Positions 11,390 to 22,110 of a DNA stretch of 64,000 bases are shown here, in pieces; the first letter of the stretch is position 1, and every line of letters starts with the position of its first letter. The translations under genes and the position numbers were made by a program. Location: NCBI GenBank assembly GCA_963823665.1, contig CAWGMQ010000010.1, positions 480,001-544,000 of the forward strand. The letters run 5' to 3'. A model generated the notes under the pieces. The model saw only the letters and a list, made by a program, of their open reading frames with translations. It made no database searches and was not told where the DNA came from. The DNA comes from an uncultured Planctomycetota bacterium. GTDB lineage: Bacteria > Planctomycetota > Planctomycetia > Isosphaerales > Isosphaeraceae.

Positions 11390-12939
11390 ACGCTTCGAGC
11401 AATTTCAATCGCAAGCTGATCTATGGAATGATCATCGTGGGCATATTCGCCCTGATGTTTCCGTACACGGGCTGGCTGGCCGAGGAAAAGAAGCGGCGCG
11501 ACCTGGGGGAGGCGGCGATCGGGCAGATCGATACCGGGAGCTTCATGATGAAGCTGTTCCTGCTGGGCGGATTCCGCGGGATCGTCGCCGACATCCTCTG
11601 GCTGCGTGCCGAGGAGCAAAAGAAAGATCACGATTGGGACCGGCTCAAGACCACGGTGGAGCTGATCACCAAGCTGCAGCCCCACTTCCTCTCGATCTGG
11701 ACATTTCAGGGGTGGAACCTGGCCTACAATGTGTCGGTCGAATGGGACGCGCCGGAGGATAAATACACGTGGATCAAGGGTGGGATCAAGTTCCTGGAGC
11801 AAGGCGTAGCCAAGAACCGGCGGTCGCCCGACTTGATCTGGGACACGGCCTGGACGTACTACCACAAGCTGGGCTTTTCCGACGAGTCGATCATTCTGCG
11901 CCGTCTCTTCTACGACGACGAAGACCTGCCGTTCAAGACGTTTGAGGACCCCAAGACGGGGCAGCCGGTGGAGTCGAAAGACAATTTCAAGCTGGGTTAC
12001 GGCTGGTTCGGGCGAGCGGTCAAGCTGGTCGATGAAGGTGCCGGTCGGATCTCGGGCGGCACCTCGAGCGAGATCCGTTATGTGGACGCGACGCCGCAGC
12101 GGAAGGGGCGCCCGGACGACATCGCGTTCCGGTCGATGCCCGCGCACGCTCAGACCCGTTATGCCTCGGGCCTGGAGAAGATGAGCATCTACGGCATCGA
12201 GGCGACGTTCGGGGAAGTTGCCAAAAATGAGTGGTTTCATGCGCTCGAGGAATGGAAGGAACTGGGCGATCACGTTTTTATATCGTTCAATGAAGAGTTG
12301 CGCGACGGCAAGATGGTGCGGGACAAGGTCAAGCTGAATGACGTGGTCGACCCCGAGCGACTGAAGGCCATGCCGAAAAACCAGGCGTACTGGACCAACC
12401 GCTGGTCGGATCAGATGAACTTCCGTTACTGGAGGCAGAGGTGTGAGGCGGAGGGGCATACCAAAGCTGTTCACGCGCGCCAGCTTTTCTACGAAGGGAC
12501 GAAAGCGTACAAGACCGGTGATTTCCCGGTCGCCGAAGAGAAGTTCAGAGACGGGCTCGCGGTCTGGAAGTCGCTGATGGATGATTTTCCCGTTTACGGC
12601 GACGATGAGTTGCTCAAGAGGGAAACCGGTCAGATCGTCAAGCGGTACCGCAAAGTGCTGCGGCAGAACCTGTCGCCGATCCCCGACGACCTGCCGTTCA
12701 AGGAGTACTTGAAGCTGGTCGAAGGCGACAACAATTTTGACCCGTTTGACACACTCGAGATGATTGGCCCGGTGGGTACGGAAAGTCCGATGGGGAAGCC
12801 CGGGGCTGCATCGCCGTCTGGCCCGACCCCGAAAGCTGAACTCGAAGAGCAGAAGAAAGCCAAGGCCAAGCCTGGGGTAGTAGCGCCGTCTGCCCCGACT
12901 GCGGTACCTCGCGCTGGCGAACCCGCCAAGAAGTCTTAG
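11386..12939 (+). CDS. Conserved membrane-anchored hypothetical protein of the ABC operon
   Basis: ATGA overlap with the permease. N-terminal TM, LLGGFRGIVADILW...WNLAYNVS motif, helical body. Confidence 0.8.
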   Translation: MNASSNFNRKLIYGMIIVGIFALMFPYTGWLAEEKKRRDLGEAAIGQIDTGSFMMKLFLLGGFRGIVADILWLRAEEQKKDHDWDRLKTTVELITKLQPHFLSIWTFQGWNLAYNVSVEWDAPEDKYTWIKGGIKFLEQGVAKNRRSPDLIWDTAWTYYHKLGFSDESIILRRLFYDDEDLPFKTFEDPKTGQPVESKDNFKLGYGWFGRAVKLVDEGAGRISGGTSSEIRYVDATPQRKGRPDDIAFRSMPAHAQTRYASGLEKMSIYGIEATFGEVAKNEWFHALEEWKELGDHVFISFNEELRDGKMVRDKVKLNDVVDPERLKAMPKNQAYWTNRWSDQMNFRYWRQRCEAEGHTKAVHARQLFYEGTKAYKTGDFPVAEEKFRDGLAVWKSLMDDFPVYGDDELLKRETGQIVKRYRKVLRQNLSPIPDDLPFKEYLKLVEGDNNFDPFDTLEMIGPVGTESPMGKPGAASPSGPTPKAELEEQKKAKAKPGVVAPSAPTAVPRAGEPAKKS

Positions 12940-13006
12940 TCAGTTGAGGGGTGTCTCCGCGAACCGGCTGTCAGTTGTTCGACCGGGGCTTCCGCCCGCC
13001 GATTCC

Positions 13007-13414
13007 TCACACGTCGTCTTCGCCCTCAGCGAGGCGTTGCTTGATGCCCATGATCCGCTCAACCGCGCGGACGAGTTTTTCCATGGCGAACGGCTTACGA
13101 ATGTAGTCGCGCACTCCGAGCATTTCGGCGTAAGCGCGATGGCGGCTTCCCTCGTTGCCGGTGATCATGATGGTGGGAATGAGCCCGGCGGGCCGGCTTC
13201 GGAGTTTTTCGAGCACCAGGAAGCCGCTCTTTTTGGGCATCATCATATCGAGAATGATCAAGTCGGGATTCTCGCGTTCGGCGATCATCAAACCGGCGTT
13301 GCCGTCGCGGGCGGCCAGAACTCGAAACCCCTTACTTTCCAGCACCATGCGCATCGATTCGAGGATTTCGTTATCGTCGTCGACGAGGAGGATCGTTCGT
13401 GAATGGGGGGGCAT
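13007..13414 (-). CDS. Single-domain response regulator
   Basis: ILLVDDD, PDLIILDMMMP, MITG, YIRKPF. Confidence 0.92.
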   Translation of the reverse strand: MPPHSRTILLVDDDNEILESMRMVLESKGFRVLAARDGNAGLMIAERENPDLIILDMMMPKKSGFLVLEKLRSRPAGLIPTIMITGNEGSRHRAYAEMLGVRDYIRKPFAMEKLVRAVERIMGIKQRLAEGEDDV

Positions 13415-13766
13415 GGCGAGGGCTCCCGTGAGCGGCTGTGCGGAGGGAAACGTGACCGAACCGGGGATCAATCATAAGCGTCATGAAAGGGCCGAACAAG
13501 GGGATCATCTGGAGTCTCGACTAGATATCATGATGCGTGGATTCTCGTGCGGGGTAAAACGTGGCCATTCGCAGGAACGGAAATCGGGACAAGGTGTCGG
13601 GGGCATCGATGAGAAATAAGGTGTGGACCCTCTTCCAACTGGCGGCCCCAGCGGTCATAATCAGGCATATCATCCACCCGATCGGGCTTGGCGTGGACAA
13701 AAACTCACGCAAGAGCGTCGAACTGGCTCGAGCGACAGACGGACACACCGGAAAGGAAAGGCGCCC

Positions 13767-14948
13767 ATGAGAGTCAGGAAAAGTTGCGCGGCATGGCTCG
13801 GGCTGGCCGGGGCGTGCGTTCTTGTGATCGGGTGTGGTGGCGGTGACATTCCCGACCCGGCGTCGGATGCGAACGCGGCCGGAGGGAACCCTGGCGGTGG
13901 TGGGGGTGGTCCGGCGCCGGTTGCAGCGCCTGCCCCGCAGGTTGCGGCCAATGACGAACCCAAGGCTGACGATGGCGCTGCTGCGCCGGCTCCGGCAGCG
14001 CCGGAGAAGGGCCAGCAGGGAGGTGACGCCGCGAAGGATCAGCCCAAGGAACAAGCGAAAGGACAGGGGGGGAATTCGGCGACGTCGGATATGCTGGCGA
14101 TGGCGGGCGGCGGTTCGAATCCGCCGCCTGGGGCAGGGGGCGCAAGTCCGCAGCCGGCAGCCCCTGGTGGTGGGGCTGCGCCCGGCGGGCCGCCTGCGGG
14201 TGCTCCCGCTGCTGGGCCCGGACTTGGCCCTGGCGCTCCGGGACCAGGAGGGCGACCGACGATGGGGCCTGGTGCTCCCGGAACGCAACAAGGCAATTCG
14301 GACCCCAGCCAGATGATGGGCGACATGATGAAGAATCAGCAGCAGCAACAACAGCAGCAAATGCAGAAACGGGCTGGTGGCATGGCGGGTGGCCCGGGTG
14401 GACGTGGCGGTGTTGGTGCTGGAATGGCGGGTGCTGGCGGCGGCCGCCCTGGTCTTGGCCCCGGTGGTGGTGGAGCTGCTCCTGGTGCGGGCGGTCTTGG
14501 GCCGGGCGCGGCTGGCGGCGGCAACCAAGCGGACGATGGTCCGGTCAATGTGAATACGCCTGAGGGGGCGGTCCGAGGTTTCCTGAGCGCGCTCAAGGGC
14601 AAGAATGCTGACAAGCTCAGCGAGGCGACCGCCTTGCGCGCGGCGAGGGACTCATCCGCCAAGAATCAGGAAATCTTCGATAAGATCATCAAAGTGACGA
14701 TCTCGGATTCCGAGCTCGACGACCTTGCGAAGAAGCTCGACGGCTATCAAATATCCGGTGAAAACCCGCAAACCAGCACGGGCAAAGTCGATGTTATCGT
14801 TCAGAAAAGCGGTAACAACGGCACGTATTACAAGCGCAAGATCACGGTGCGCCGCGAGAAGAAGGGGTGGGGGGTGCTCGACATCGGTCCCGAGCAGCCC
14901 TTCAAGCCGCTTGGGAACATGGGACGGCGGCGCACGCCCGCGAAATGA
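13767..14948 (+). CDS. Gly/Pro/Gln-rich lipoprotein
   Basis: Lipobox VIGC, low-complexity linker with poly-Q, globular C-terminus TPEGAVRGFL...WGVLDIG. Confidence 0.75.
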   Translation: MRVRKSCAAWLGLAGACVLVIGCGGGDIPDPASDANAAGGNPGGGGGGPAPVAAPAPQVAANDEPKADDGAAAPAPAAPEKGQQGGDAAKDQPKEQAKGQGGNSATSDMLAMAGGGSNPPPGAGGASPQPAAPGGGAAPGGPPAGAPAAGPGLGPGAPGPGGRPTMGPGAPGTQQGNSDPSQMMGDMMKNQQQQQQQQMQKRAGGMAGGPGGRGGVGAGMAGAGGGRPGLGPGGGGAAPGAGGLGPGAAGGGNQADDGPVNVNTPEGAVRGFLSALKGKNADKLSEATALRAARDSSAKNQEIFDKIIKVTISDSELDDLAKKLDGYQISGENPQTSTGKVDVIVQKSGNNGTYYKRKITVRREKKGWGVLDIGPEQPFKPLGNMGRRRTPAK

Positions 14949-15270
14949 TCGCCGTGTGGGTGCATGCGTGCTCGAACGTCGGCCAACTTTGCCAAGGCTC
15001 TGTAGATTTGACATCGGGGTCTTTGAAACTTTTTCACCCTCGGTTGAACTGAGTTCGGCAGAGGGTTTTTTATCCGAATTTTTATTCAAGTTTTCGCGGG
15101 CAAAATCCGGGTCGCGGTTTTTTTGGTGAATTGCTCAAGTTTTGGTCCGCGATGTGCTCCACACCGCGTGGGTGGTGAATCTGAGTTCGTCATCTGCGTG
15201 AGAGGACAGCGGATTCGGATCGCGCGACGTCATGTGCGCAAGATACGCAGGAACCAAGGAAGGAGCCTGT

Positions 15271-15600
15271 ATGCTTGGCGGTGCACCCTTTTCGAGTTGT
15301 GATATCTTTGAAGTTCTGGTCATGCTGTTTCAGGTGTGCGGCATCATGGGGCTTTGTCTTTCGCGGCTGATGCCTCGGTCAACGGCGTGGGCATCAAGAG
15401 GGCAGGCCGGCTCGATCGTGGCGTTGTTTGGGCTGGGAATCGCGGGGGCGTTTTGCGGGCGCCACGATTCGGAGTTCGCGCTGTTCGCCGGTGGGACGAT
15501 GACGGTTCTGCTGATCGGCATGACGATGGGGAGCGGATCGATCGAACGGGCCGAGCAGACAACGGCGTCTGTAGCGGCCGAGCCCGAACTCGCGACTTGA
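15271..15600 (+). CDS. Small membrane protein
   Basis: AAGGAG RBS and three hydrophobic segments. Confidence 0.65.
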   Translation: MLGGAPFSSCDIFEVLVMLFQVCGIMGLCLSRLMPRSTAWASRGQAGSIVALFGLGIAGAFCGRHDSEFALFAGGTMTVLLIGMTMGSGSIERAEQTTASVAAEPELAT

Positions 15601-15994
15601 AAACTCGCGAATCTTCGCAACTACTTTGATAATCAGCGTGAGAACCTATCCTCGGGCCGTGCGGCGAGGATTTTTTTGCCCGTCATTTGACCGGCCCCAA
15701 AACGTGCGCCATAGTTTGGGTGATGATGGGAATCAGCGGGCTGGTTCTTCATGCCTTCACGTCTTGACGCACACCTGATCCGACCCTCTCGGCTCTCGTC
15801 GAGTCTCTGGGAAACGTGACGACCGGAACGTGCGGCTGGCTTGCGTGGCCGGGCTGCCGCGCGGCGGAAGTGCGCTTTCTGGACATCCAAAACGTGTTGT
15901 CGCGAGAGACCAATTTCCCCGACTCGAACGGTGCGTCCCGCTCGCCGTTCGCTGCCTCGTCGCGTCGGATTCATGCGGGGAGAAGGACACGCCC

Positions 15995-16726
15995 ATGATG
16001 GTTGGACTGAAACGGATTTCGACGGCGTTTGGCCTGGTGGTCACGCTGGCCTCGTTGGCTGCCGGCCAGGAACCTGCGGTCAGTCAGAACCAATCGACCG
16101 CGAATGCCGTTGCCGGAACGCTGCGCGCGAGCCGGAATCTGGCGGGATATCGGATTGAGATCATGACTCGCGAGGGCCTGGTGACGTTGCGAGGCGCGGT
16201 CGAGACCCCGGCCCAGAAAGCCGAGGCGATTGCTCGCGCTCGATATGTCGCGGGCGTTCGGGGAGTTGTAGACGAGTTGCGAGTATCCAACGACGCCGCC
16301 GTGAGCACGGTTCGGTACCAGCCGGGCGGGGGAATGGTCTCTGCGCCGGGTGGCTCGTACGTCGGCGGCACGATCAACGGCGGCATCAGTTACGGCGCCG
16401 GCTCGGGCCCGGTCTACGATGGCAGCCCGGTACCGGAAGGCCCGGCGGGCATGCCGGGAGCCTCGCAAGCCGCCCAACCCGGATACCCGAACTACGCGTG
16501 GCCCAGCTACGCGCCGTACCCGAATTTCTCCGCTGTAGGCTATCCGACAGCCTACCCCTGGCAAGCTTGGCCGAACATCGGACCGTTCTCGCCATATCCC
16601 GAAGTTCCGCTTGACTGGCGTGCTGTCACCCTTCGCTGGGACGATGGCATCTGGTGGCTCGACTTCAAGAAGCACTACACTCGGCCGTTCTTCACGCCTT
16701 ATCCATTCGGCCTGTTCGCCTATTGA
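15995..16726 (+). CDS. BON-domain protein with Pro/Tyr/Trp-rich C-terminus
   Basis: Signal peptide, IEIMTREGLVTLRGAV...VAGVRGVVDEL, then YAWPSYAPYPN...LRWDDGIWWLDF. Confidence 0.85.
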   Translation: MMVGLKRISTAFGLVVTLASLAAGQEPAVSQNQSTANAVAGTLRASRNLAGYRIEIMTREGLVTLRGAVETPAQKAEAIARARYVAGVRGVVDELRVSNDAAVSTVRYQPGGGMVSAPGGSYVGGTINGGISYGAGSGPVYDGSPVPEGPAGMPGASQAAQPGYPNYAWPSYAPYPNFSAVGYPTAYPWQAWPNIGPFSPYPEVPLDWRAVTLRWDDGIWWLDFKKHYTRPFFTPYPFGLFAY

Positions 16727-16765
16727 TCGGTCCAGGCGACCGATTGACAACGTGTAAGCCCTCGG

Positions 16766-16808
16766 GAACCGACCGGGAGCCGTCAAGTGCTTCCGGCCGG
16801 TTCTTTTT
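16766..16808 (+). terminator. Rho-independent terminator
   Basis: GAACCGACCGGGAGC / GCTTCCGGCCGGTTC stem followed by a T-run, about 40 nt after the BON stop. Confidence 0.7.
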
Positions 16809-17009
16809 CGTTCTGCCTGCATGCGTGGCTGCATCTTCTGTGGTGCGTTTTGATTCGATGCCGGCGCAGTTCGTGCTGATCTCTTGGCCTGGTTCAAAAG
16901 AGTCCTTTCTCGGGTAACAGCGCGCACGTGCCTTGAAGCGCAAAGTTTTCGCTTCCGTCGTGCGACAAGCACCTCAGCCGCGGGCAAAGAGCGTGTAGCC
17001 GAATCGTTC

Positions 17010-17207
17010 TCGTCACGCCTCGACACGACATCGACACGACATCGACACGCGGTAAAGTTGGAGGCAGTTTTGGTTTAAGACAAAAACCAGCCGAAATTCG
17101 AAGATTTCAAATATTGCCTCGACACGCCCTCGACACGCATTTAACCTTGGTGTCCATAGGAAGTTAGAGCGAAGAATTGATCAATACCTCGGCGTAACCT
17201 CGACGCG
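17010..17207 (+). promoter_or_regulatory. Helically phased TCGACACG direct repeats
   Basis: Exact copies at 17020, 17031, 17042, 17119 and 17130. Variants at 17010 and 17200. Confidence 0.6.
17139..17166 (-). other. Candidate dif-like (Xer) site
   Basis: Revcomp TAACTTCCTAT-GGACAC-CAAGGTTAAAT in an 11-6-11 layout. GTTAAAT matches the end of the E. coli XerD arm. Lies near the apparent skew switch. Confidence 0.3.
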
Positions 17208-17526
17208 TGTGAGTTTTTTATGACGGAAGGGGATGACGAGGAACTGGCGATATTTTTGGAGTCGAGCAGCCGAGAAGCTGAGTCATCGGGAAGAAAATCG
17301 CGGCGGGAGTGGGATCGTGGAGAATCTGCTATGTCGTTCAGGAATTTTCTCACTCGCTCAGTGACTGCTGTTCGATAACTAGATCCGTGGACCGGTCGGG
17401 CAACACTCGACGAGTTAGTGGATCGACCGGTTGTAAGCTGTACGTCATTGGTCCCGGCGCCTTAAGGCCGGAGGGCATGAGGCCTCCCGGCGCGTTTGCG
17501 CACGTTCCCAAGGAGGGGAGAAGAAC

Positions 17527-18138
17527 ATGTTCCGATCCGCGCGGCACCGGAGCCCGATCGCCCCGCGCTGGGTTCGCGGCCTTTTGGCGGGTGCACTTCT
17601 CGGTTTTGTCGGGATTAACAATGTCGGTTGCGGTTTCGACTACGTCTTCCGCAACATTTCGCCGCTTCACGTGACGGGTTGGTCATTTGCCTGGCCGATT
17701 CTTCCGTCGCAATCGCAGCGATTAGAGGAAGACATCAAGCGTGAAGAGCACGACAAAATCCCGATCCTCGACCCACTCCCGACGGAGTTTGCTCCCGCAG
17801 CTTGCCTCGACCCTCCCAGCGAGGAGGATGTTTGGAACAAAGTGCACAAATTCAAGAATGGCTGCCCGCCGTTCTATGAAACCCAGCGCAATAACGTACG
17901 AATCCTGATCGAAAAGATCGGCGAGAAGATCGATCCTTGTAAGGTCTATCCCCTCGCCGGTCCCTGCCAGTTGATACACTGCCACTACAAGTGCACGGTG
18001 TATTACGACGAGCTTTACTGGTCTGACTACCCGATCCCATTCAACCATGTTGATCACAAGGTTGAAGTCGTGTACTTCGACAAGGATCACCTCCGCCGTT
18101 GCGGTGGTCCGGAGCAGGCGACAACACCTCCGCTCTGA
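17527..18138 (+). CDS. Conserved hypothetical, probable lipoprotein
   Basis: AGGAGGGG RBS, NVGC lipobox-like signal, LDPPSEEDV...KVYPLAGPCQLIHCHYKCTVYY. Confidence 0.75.
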   Translation: MFRSARHRSPIAPRWVRGLLAGALLGFVGINNVGCGFDYVFRNISPLHVTGWSFAWPILPSQSQRLEEDIKREEHDKIPILDPLPTEFAPAACLDPPSEEDVWNKVHKFKNGCPPFYETQRNNVRILIEKIGEKIDPCKVYPLAGPCQLIHCHYKCTVYYDELYWSDYPIPFNHVDHKVEVVYFDKDHLRRCGGPEQATTPPL

Positions 18139-18280
18139 GCAGTGGCCTGCCGGCGGGTGGGCGACCAGAACCTCCGTGGGTCTTGGCGAGCCGTCGGCTG
18201 CGGGATTCAGTGGTTGCAGAATCCGTGGACCGGCTCTTCCAGCGTGAATGCTGGAGGTGCCGGTCCCGACTTTTTTGGGT

Positions 18281-20261
18281 TCAGTCGCCGCCGAAGAATG
18301 GAAAGATCTTGAGCAGCTCGGCGCGGGTTGGCTGTGTCCCGTACTCGCAGACCTCGAAGCTCTCGGCGTATTTGACGGCCCTTCCCTTCTCGTCGCCCAG
18401 GAGCTCGATGAGCTTGGGTCGGAATCGGTCGGCGAGGCCGGCGTAGCGCTTCCCAACCCTGTCACGCGTCCAGTTCAGCCGGGCGGATGATTCAGCCGGC
18501 ACTTCACCCAGATACCCGAAGAGCCAGGGGTTCCACTCGTAGAATTGAGAAGCCAGGGCGTCGACGCAGGCAACTTTTTTCTCGAAGACAGTGTCGATCG
18601 GCACGACCACGTCGGGTGTGAACGGATTCGGCTTCTTGAAGTCGTCCTCGGTGTAGAGAAAGACGGGATTTTTCCGCAGGGCCGGTACGTCCGGACAGAA
18701 GCTCGGAACGATGACCATGAACGCGGCGTCCTGCACCAGAATTCCGGTGTAGCGGTGGTCTGGATGATAATCGTTCGGGCGATGCGCGATGACCACGTCA
18801 GCCCGCCACTCGCGGATTTTCCGCGTGATTGTCCGGCGATTTTCGAGAGTCGGCAACAGTTCGCCATCGTGGATGTCAAGAACTTCGGTGTCAATGCCCA
18901 GTATTTCGGCGCACTTCTTGACCTCGGCCGTTCGCCGGCGAGCCAGGACCGCGCCCGCCGTCTGATGGTGCCCGATGTCACCGTTGGTGACGCTGACGAA
19001 CTTGACCTTGTAGCCGAGCATGGCCCAGCGTGCGGCGGTGCCGCCAGCTTCCAGTTCGCAGTCGTCGGGATGTGCCCCAAAGACGATGATCCGGAGCGGC
19101 TCACGCGTTTTCTCTTGCGTGAGATCGGCCGGCCGGCTCGCCGCGGCTTGGCCTGCGACTCGGATCAACAGCCGATCTTCCCCGCCGACGCTCAGGGCGC
19201 GCGGGCGACTCGTCCCTCGGCATTCCTCAGAAAGGTCATTCGCACGTCCGAATCATGCATCTCAAACACGTTCGGCGCGACGGGCAAGAGGACGTGAGAA
19301 TGGCTCGGCACGCCAGCCGTTGTGAGAACGAGGTGATTTCCGCCGCTGCTGATTCTGGTCAATCTCGTCGCGTCGGCCTCCGGCTGGGCGGCGTACCCGC
19401 CGACGAACGACTCGAGTGCCGCTGACGTTATTTCGATGGCCTTCGGCCGCTCTAGCCCACGCGGGGTCGGCTCGGGTCGGTCAGGCAATTCGATCAGCCA
19501 GATGTTCCGAAACCGCACCGGATGGCCGTGGTCTTGCAGTTTGATTGGGGCGCGATCTTCTTGCGGCTCGTATTGACCCCATTTTAGCCAGCGCGTCGGC
19601 CCCAGGATTTCTTCGTTGTTTTGCACCAGGATGCCGTTGTGAAAGACGCTGATCCGCGCGGGCTCGAGGACGGTGCCGCCGGTCCCGAATCGCGGCCGGC
19701 GAAAGGCGACATCATACGTCTGCCACTGACCGGGCGGCCGAGCGGCATTGAATAGTGGCGGATACTGGCCGTAAATCGCCGCGGCCTGGCCGTCGGTGTA
19801 AGTGTCGGCGAGGTAAGAATCCAGGATCTGCAGCTCGTAGAGGCCCATGAAGAAGACGCCACTGTTCCCGCGGTCTTGTCCCATTCCCTGCGGAGGTGCT
19901 GGCGCCGCCCACTCGATGTGGAGTTGCACGTCTCCAAAGCGTCCCTTGGTCTGGATTTCGCCGGCACCAGGAACGATTTCGATCTCACCGCCGGCCACCC
20001 GCCATTCGGCCGGTTTTCCTTCCGGCGATTGCCAGGCGTCGAGACTCGACCCGTCAAAGAGGATCACGGCGCCTTCGGCGCGCGGCCCGCGGCCAAGGGC
20101 TCGGCCGGCTGGACGATCCGAGGTTTGGTGCGGTTGGAGTCGTGTTGCTTCCAGCCGCTCGACGTGCCCGTGCCACCGCCTTGACCTGCCGCCAGGCTCG
20201 CAGTCAATCCGGCTGTGACCACCACGGAGAGTCGAACGATCGACGTGAATGGGGCAGGCAT
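18281..20261 (-). CDS. Probable fusion of DUF1080 (3-keto-disaccharide hydrolase-like) and PIG-L deacetylase, two frameshifts
   Basis: Signal peptide from 20261. LFDGSSLDAW, GNSGVF, YELQILD, LQDHGHPVRFRNIW, then GAHPDDCE, TNGDIGH, DYHPDH. Confidence 0.75.
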
Positions 20262-20449
20262 GGGAATCAGTTCCTCGCTGGATGTGAGGGAATACCATCG
20301 AAAGCTCTCACCAAGATAGCGAACCGGCCAGCCGGGCGGGAGGATCGTCCGTCTGCCGTCAAACTCGCCGAATTGAACGCGTGTAATCAGAGCAACGTGG
20401 TTGCACGCGTGTCGTTGCGATGGGTATTTGTGCGTGCTACGATGTTTTG

Positions 20450-21055
20450 ATGATCGGAAAACGGCATCCAGTCATTCCGGGCTCGAACGAAACACCGCTG
20501 AGTTTGCTGCAACGTTTGCGAACCAGCCCGGACGATTCGTCATGGCAGCGCCTGGCTGACCTTTACTCGCCGCTCGTGCAGCGCTGGTTGCATCAACACG
20601 GCCTGCCACGATCAGACGCCGATGATCTCGCGCAGGAGGTCATGCTGGTGATCGTCCGCGAGATGCCGCACTTCGAACATTCTGGTCGCAAAGGTGCATT
20701 CAGGAACTGGTTGCGAGTGATCACCGTCCACCGTCTGCGTGGTTATTGGCGAACCAAGCAGACGCGTCCGGACCAGGCCGCTGATGAACGGCTCGATATG
20801 CTCGCCGACTCCAATAGCGACCTCGCCCGCCTTTGGGACCGTGAACACGATGAATTCATTCTCCAGCGGCTGCTCGAGATGATCGAGCCCGAGTTTTCGC
20901 CGACTGCATGGCATGCTTTCCACCGGCAAACCGTCGACGGTTTGAGCGCACGCGAGGCTGCCGCCGAGCTCGGCGTCAGCGCCAATGCCGTTTTGATCGC
21001 GAAGAGCAGAGTTCTCCGGCGATTACGCCAAGAGGCAACGGGCTTGATTGACTGA
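20450..21055 (+). CDS. ECF sigma-70 factor
   Basis: TPLSLLQRL, DADDLAQEV, GAFRNWL, AAAELGVSANAVLIAKSRVLRRLR. Confidence 0.92.
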   Translation: MIGKRHPVIPGSNETPLSLLQRLRTSPDDSSWQRLADLYSPLVQRWLHQHGLPRSDADDLAQEVMLVIVREMPHFEHSGRKGAFRNWLRVITVHRLRGYWRTKQTRPDQAADERLDMLADSNSDLARLWDREHDEFILQRLLEMIEPEFSPTAWHAFHRQTVDGLSAREAAAELGVSANAVLIAKSRVLRRLRQEATGLID

Positions 21056-21160
21056 GCCCTTGCAGGGTTCAAGAATTCCAACCGGCCGCGACAGGCTTTG
21101 CGCAGACGCGCACTTTCACTTGCAGACGGACTAACTGCATCCTGAAGCCGAGAGGAGCAT

Positions 21161-22018
21161 GTGATGAAGCTGTGCGCACTACAGTTCCTGTCGCTGTCGC
21201 TCGCGAGCATGTTGAGTTTGAAGGCAGATGCAGGGCAGATTTACGGCATAAGTTATTCGGACATCGCAACGGATTCGACGGTGAACTTGACAACGGCTGG
21301 TTCGCTGGACTGGGTGAAGTGGGGCAATGGCCAAAGTGGAAACGTCGCCTACACAACGCCCGTGATGACGGGCAGTTCGATCATCAATCCGAGTCTGACC
21401 CCGCTCGGGTCACCGCCGTCCGGGACTTCGGTGGCTCTGGAGCCGTTTGCCCCTGTGGCGAACGTGACGCCGCTGTTTACTTGGACTAACGGCACAATTG
21501 CGATGGCAGGGGGTAATCCAGTCGGTACCTCGGTCAGCGAGACCATTTTGCCGGCACAGTTCAGCTATCCCAACGGTCTCGGCCTTTCGGTTCAGGTAAC
21601 GGCGGCTGCGACTCCTGAGGAGCTGACTATCTACGTCGCTGGGTTCAACACGAGAATGGACCTCAGTGCCTCATTGAGCGGGGGCGCTCATGATTCGCTG
21701 CTTGCCTCCAGCGCGACTCTTATTCCGGTGGCGGCTGGGAACACGGGTAACAACTACTTCTCGATCGGCGTCTTCTCGATCATCTACTCCGGAGCAGGTG
21801 AGACGTTGACGATCGATCTCACCGGGGCGAATCAGAACGGCATTCCCACGGACGCACCGCAATACGTCTTCCCAAACGCCGGTGTCTATGCCGCCGTTGT
21901 CAACGCTGCCTCGGTGCCCGAGCCCTCGAGTGTCGTGTTGTCGGCGATTGGGCTGGGAGCAGTCTTCGGTTGGTCATGCGTTCGAGCCTGTCGGACCACG
22001 ACTCGCGCGCGGACCTGA
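21161..22018 (+). CDS. PEP-CTERM sorting-domain protein
   Basis: Signal peptide. C-terminal VPEPSS followed by a TM segment and an Arg-rich tail. Confidence 0.88.
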   Translation: MMKLCALQFLSLSLASMLSLKADAGQIYGISYSDIATDSTVNLTTAGSLDWVKWGNGQSGNVAYTTPVMTGSSIINPSLTPLGSPPSGTSVALEPFAPVANVTPLFTWTNGTIAMAGGNPVGTSVSETILPAQFSYPNGLGLSVQVTAAATPEELTIYVAGFNTRMDLSASLSGGAHDSLLASSATLIPVAAGNTGNNYFSIGVFSIIYSGAGETLTIDLTGANQNGIPTDAPQYVFPNAGVYAAVVNAASVPEPSSVVLSAIGLGAVFGWSCVRACRTTTRART

Positions 22019-22110
22019 GGCGACGCGTGCTTGGCTGGCGGGACGGAATCAGGTGGAAGCATCATGCCCCTCACGGCTAAATTGGAATACGCGTCGAGGA
22101 GGCGCGGGCC

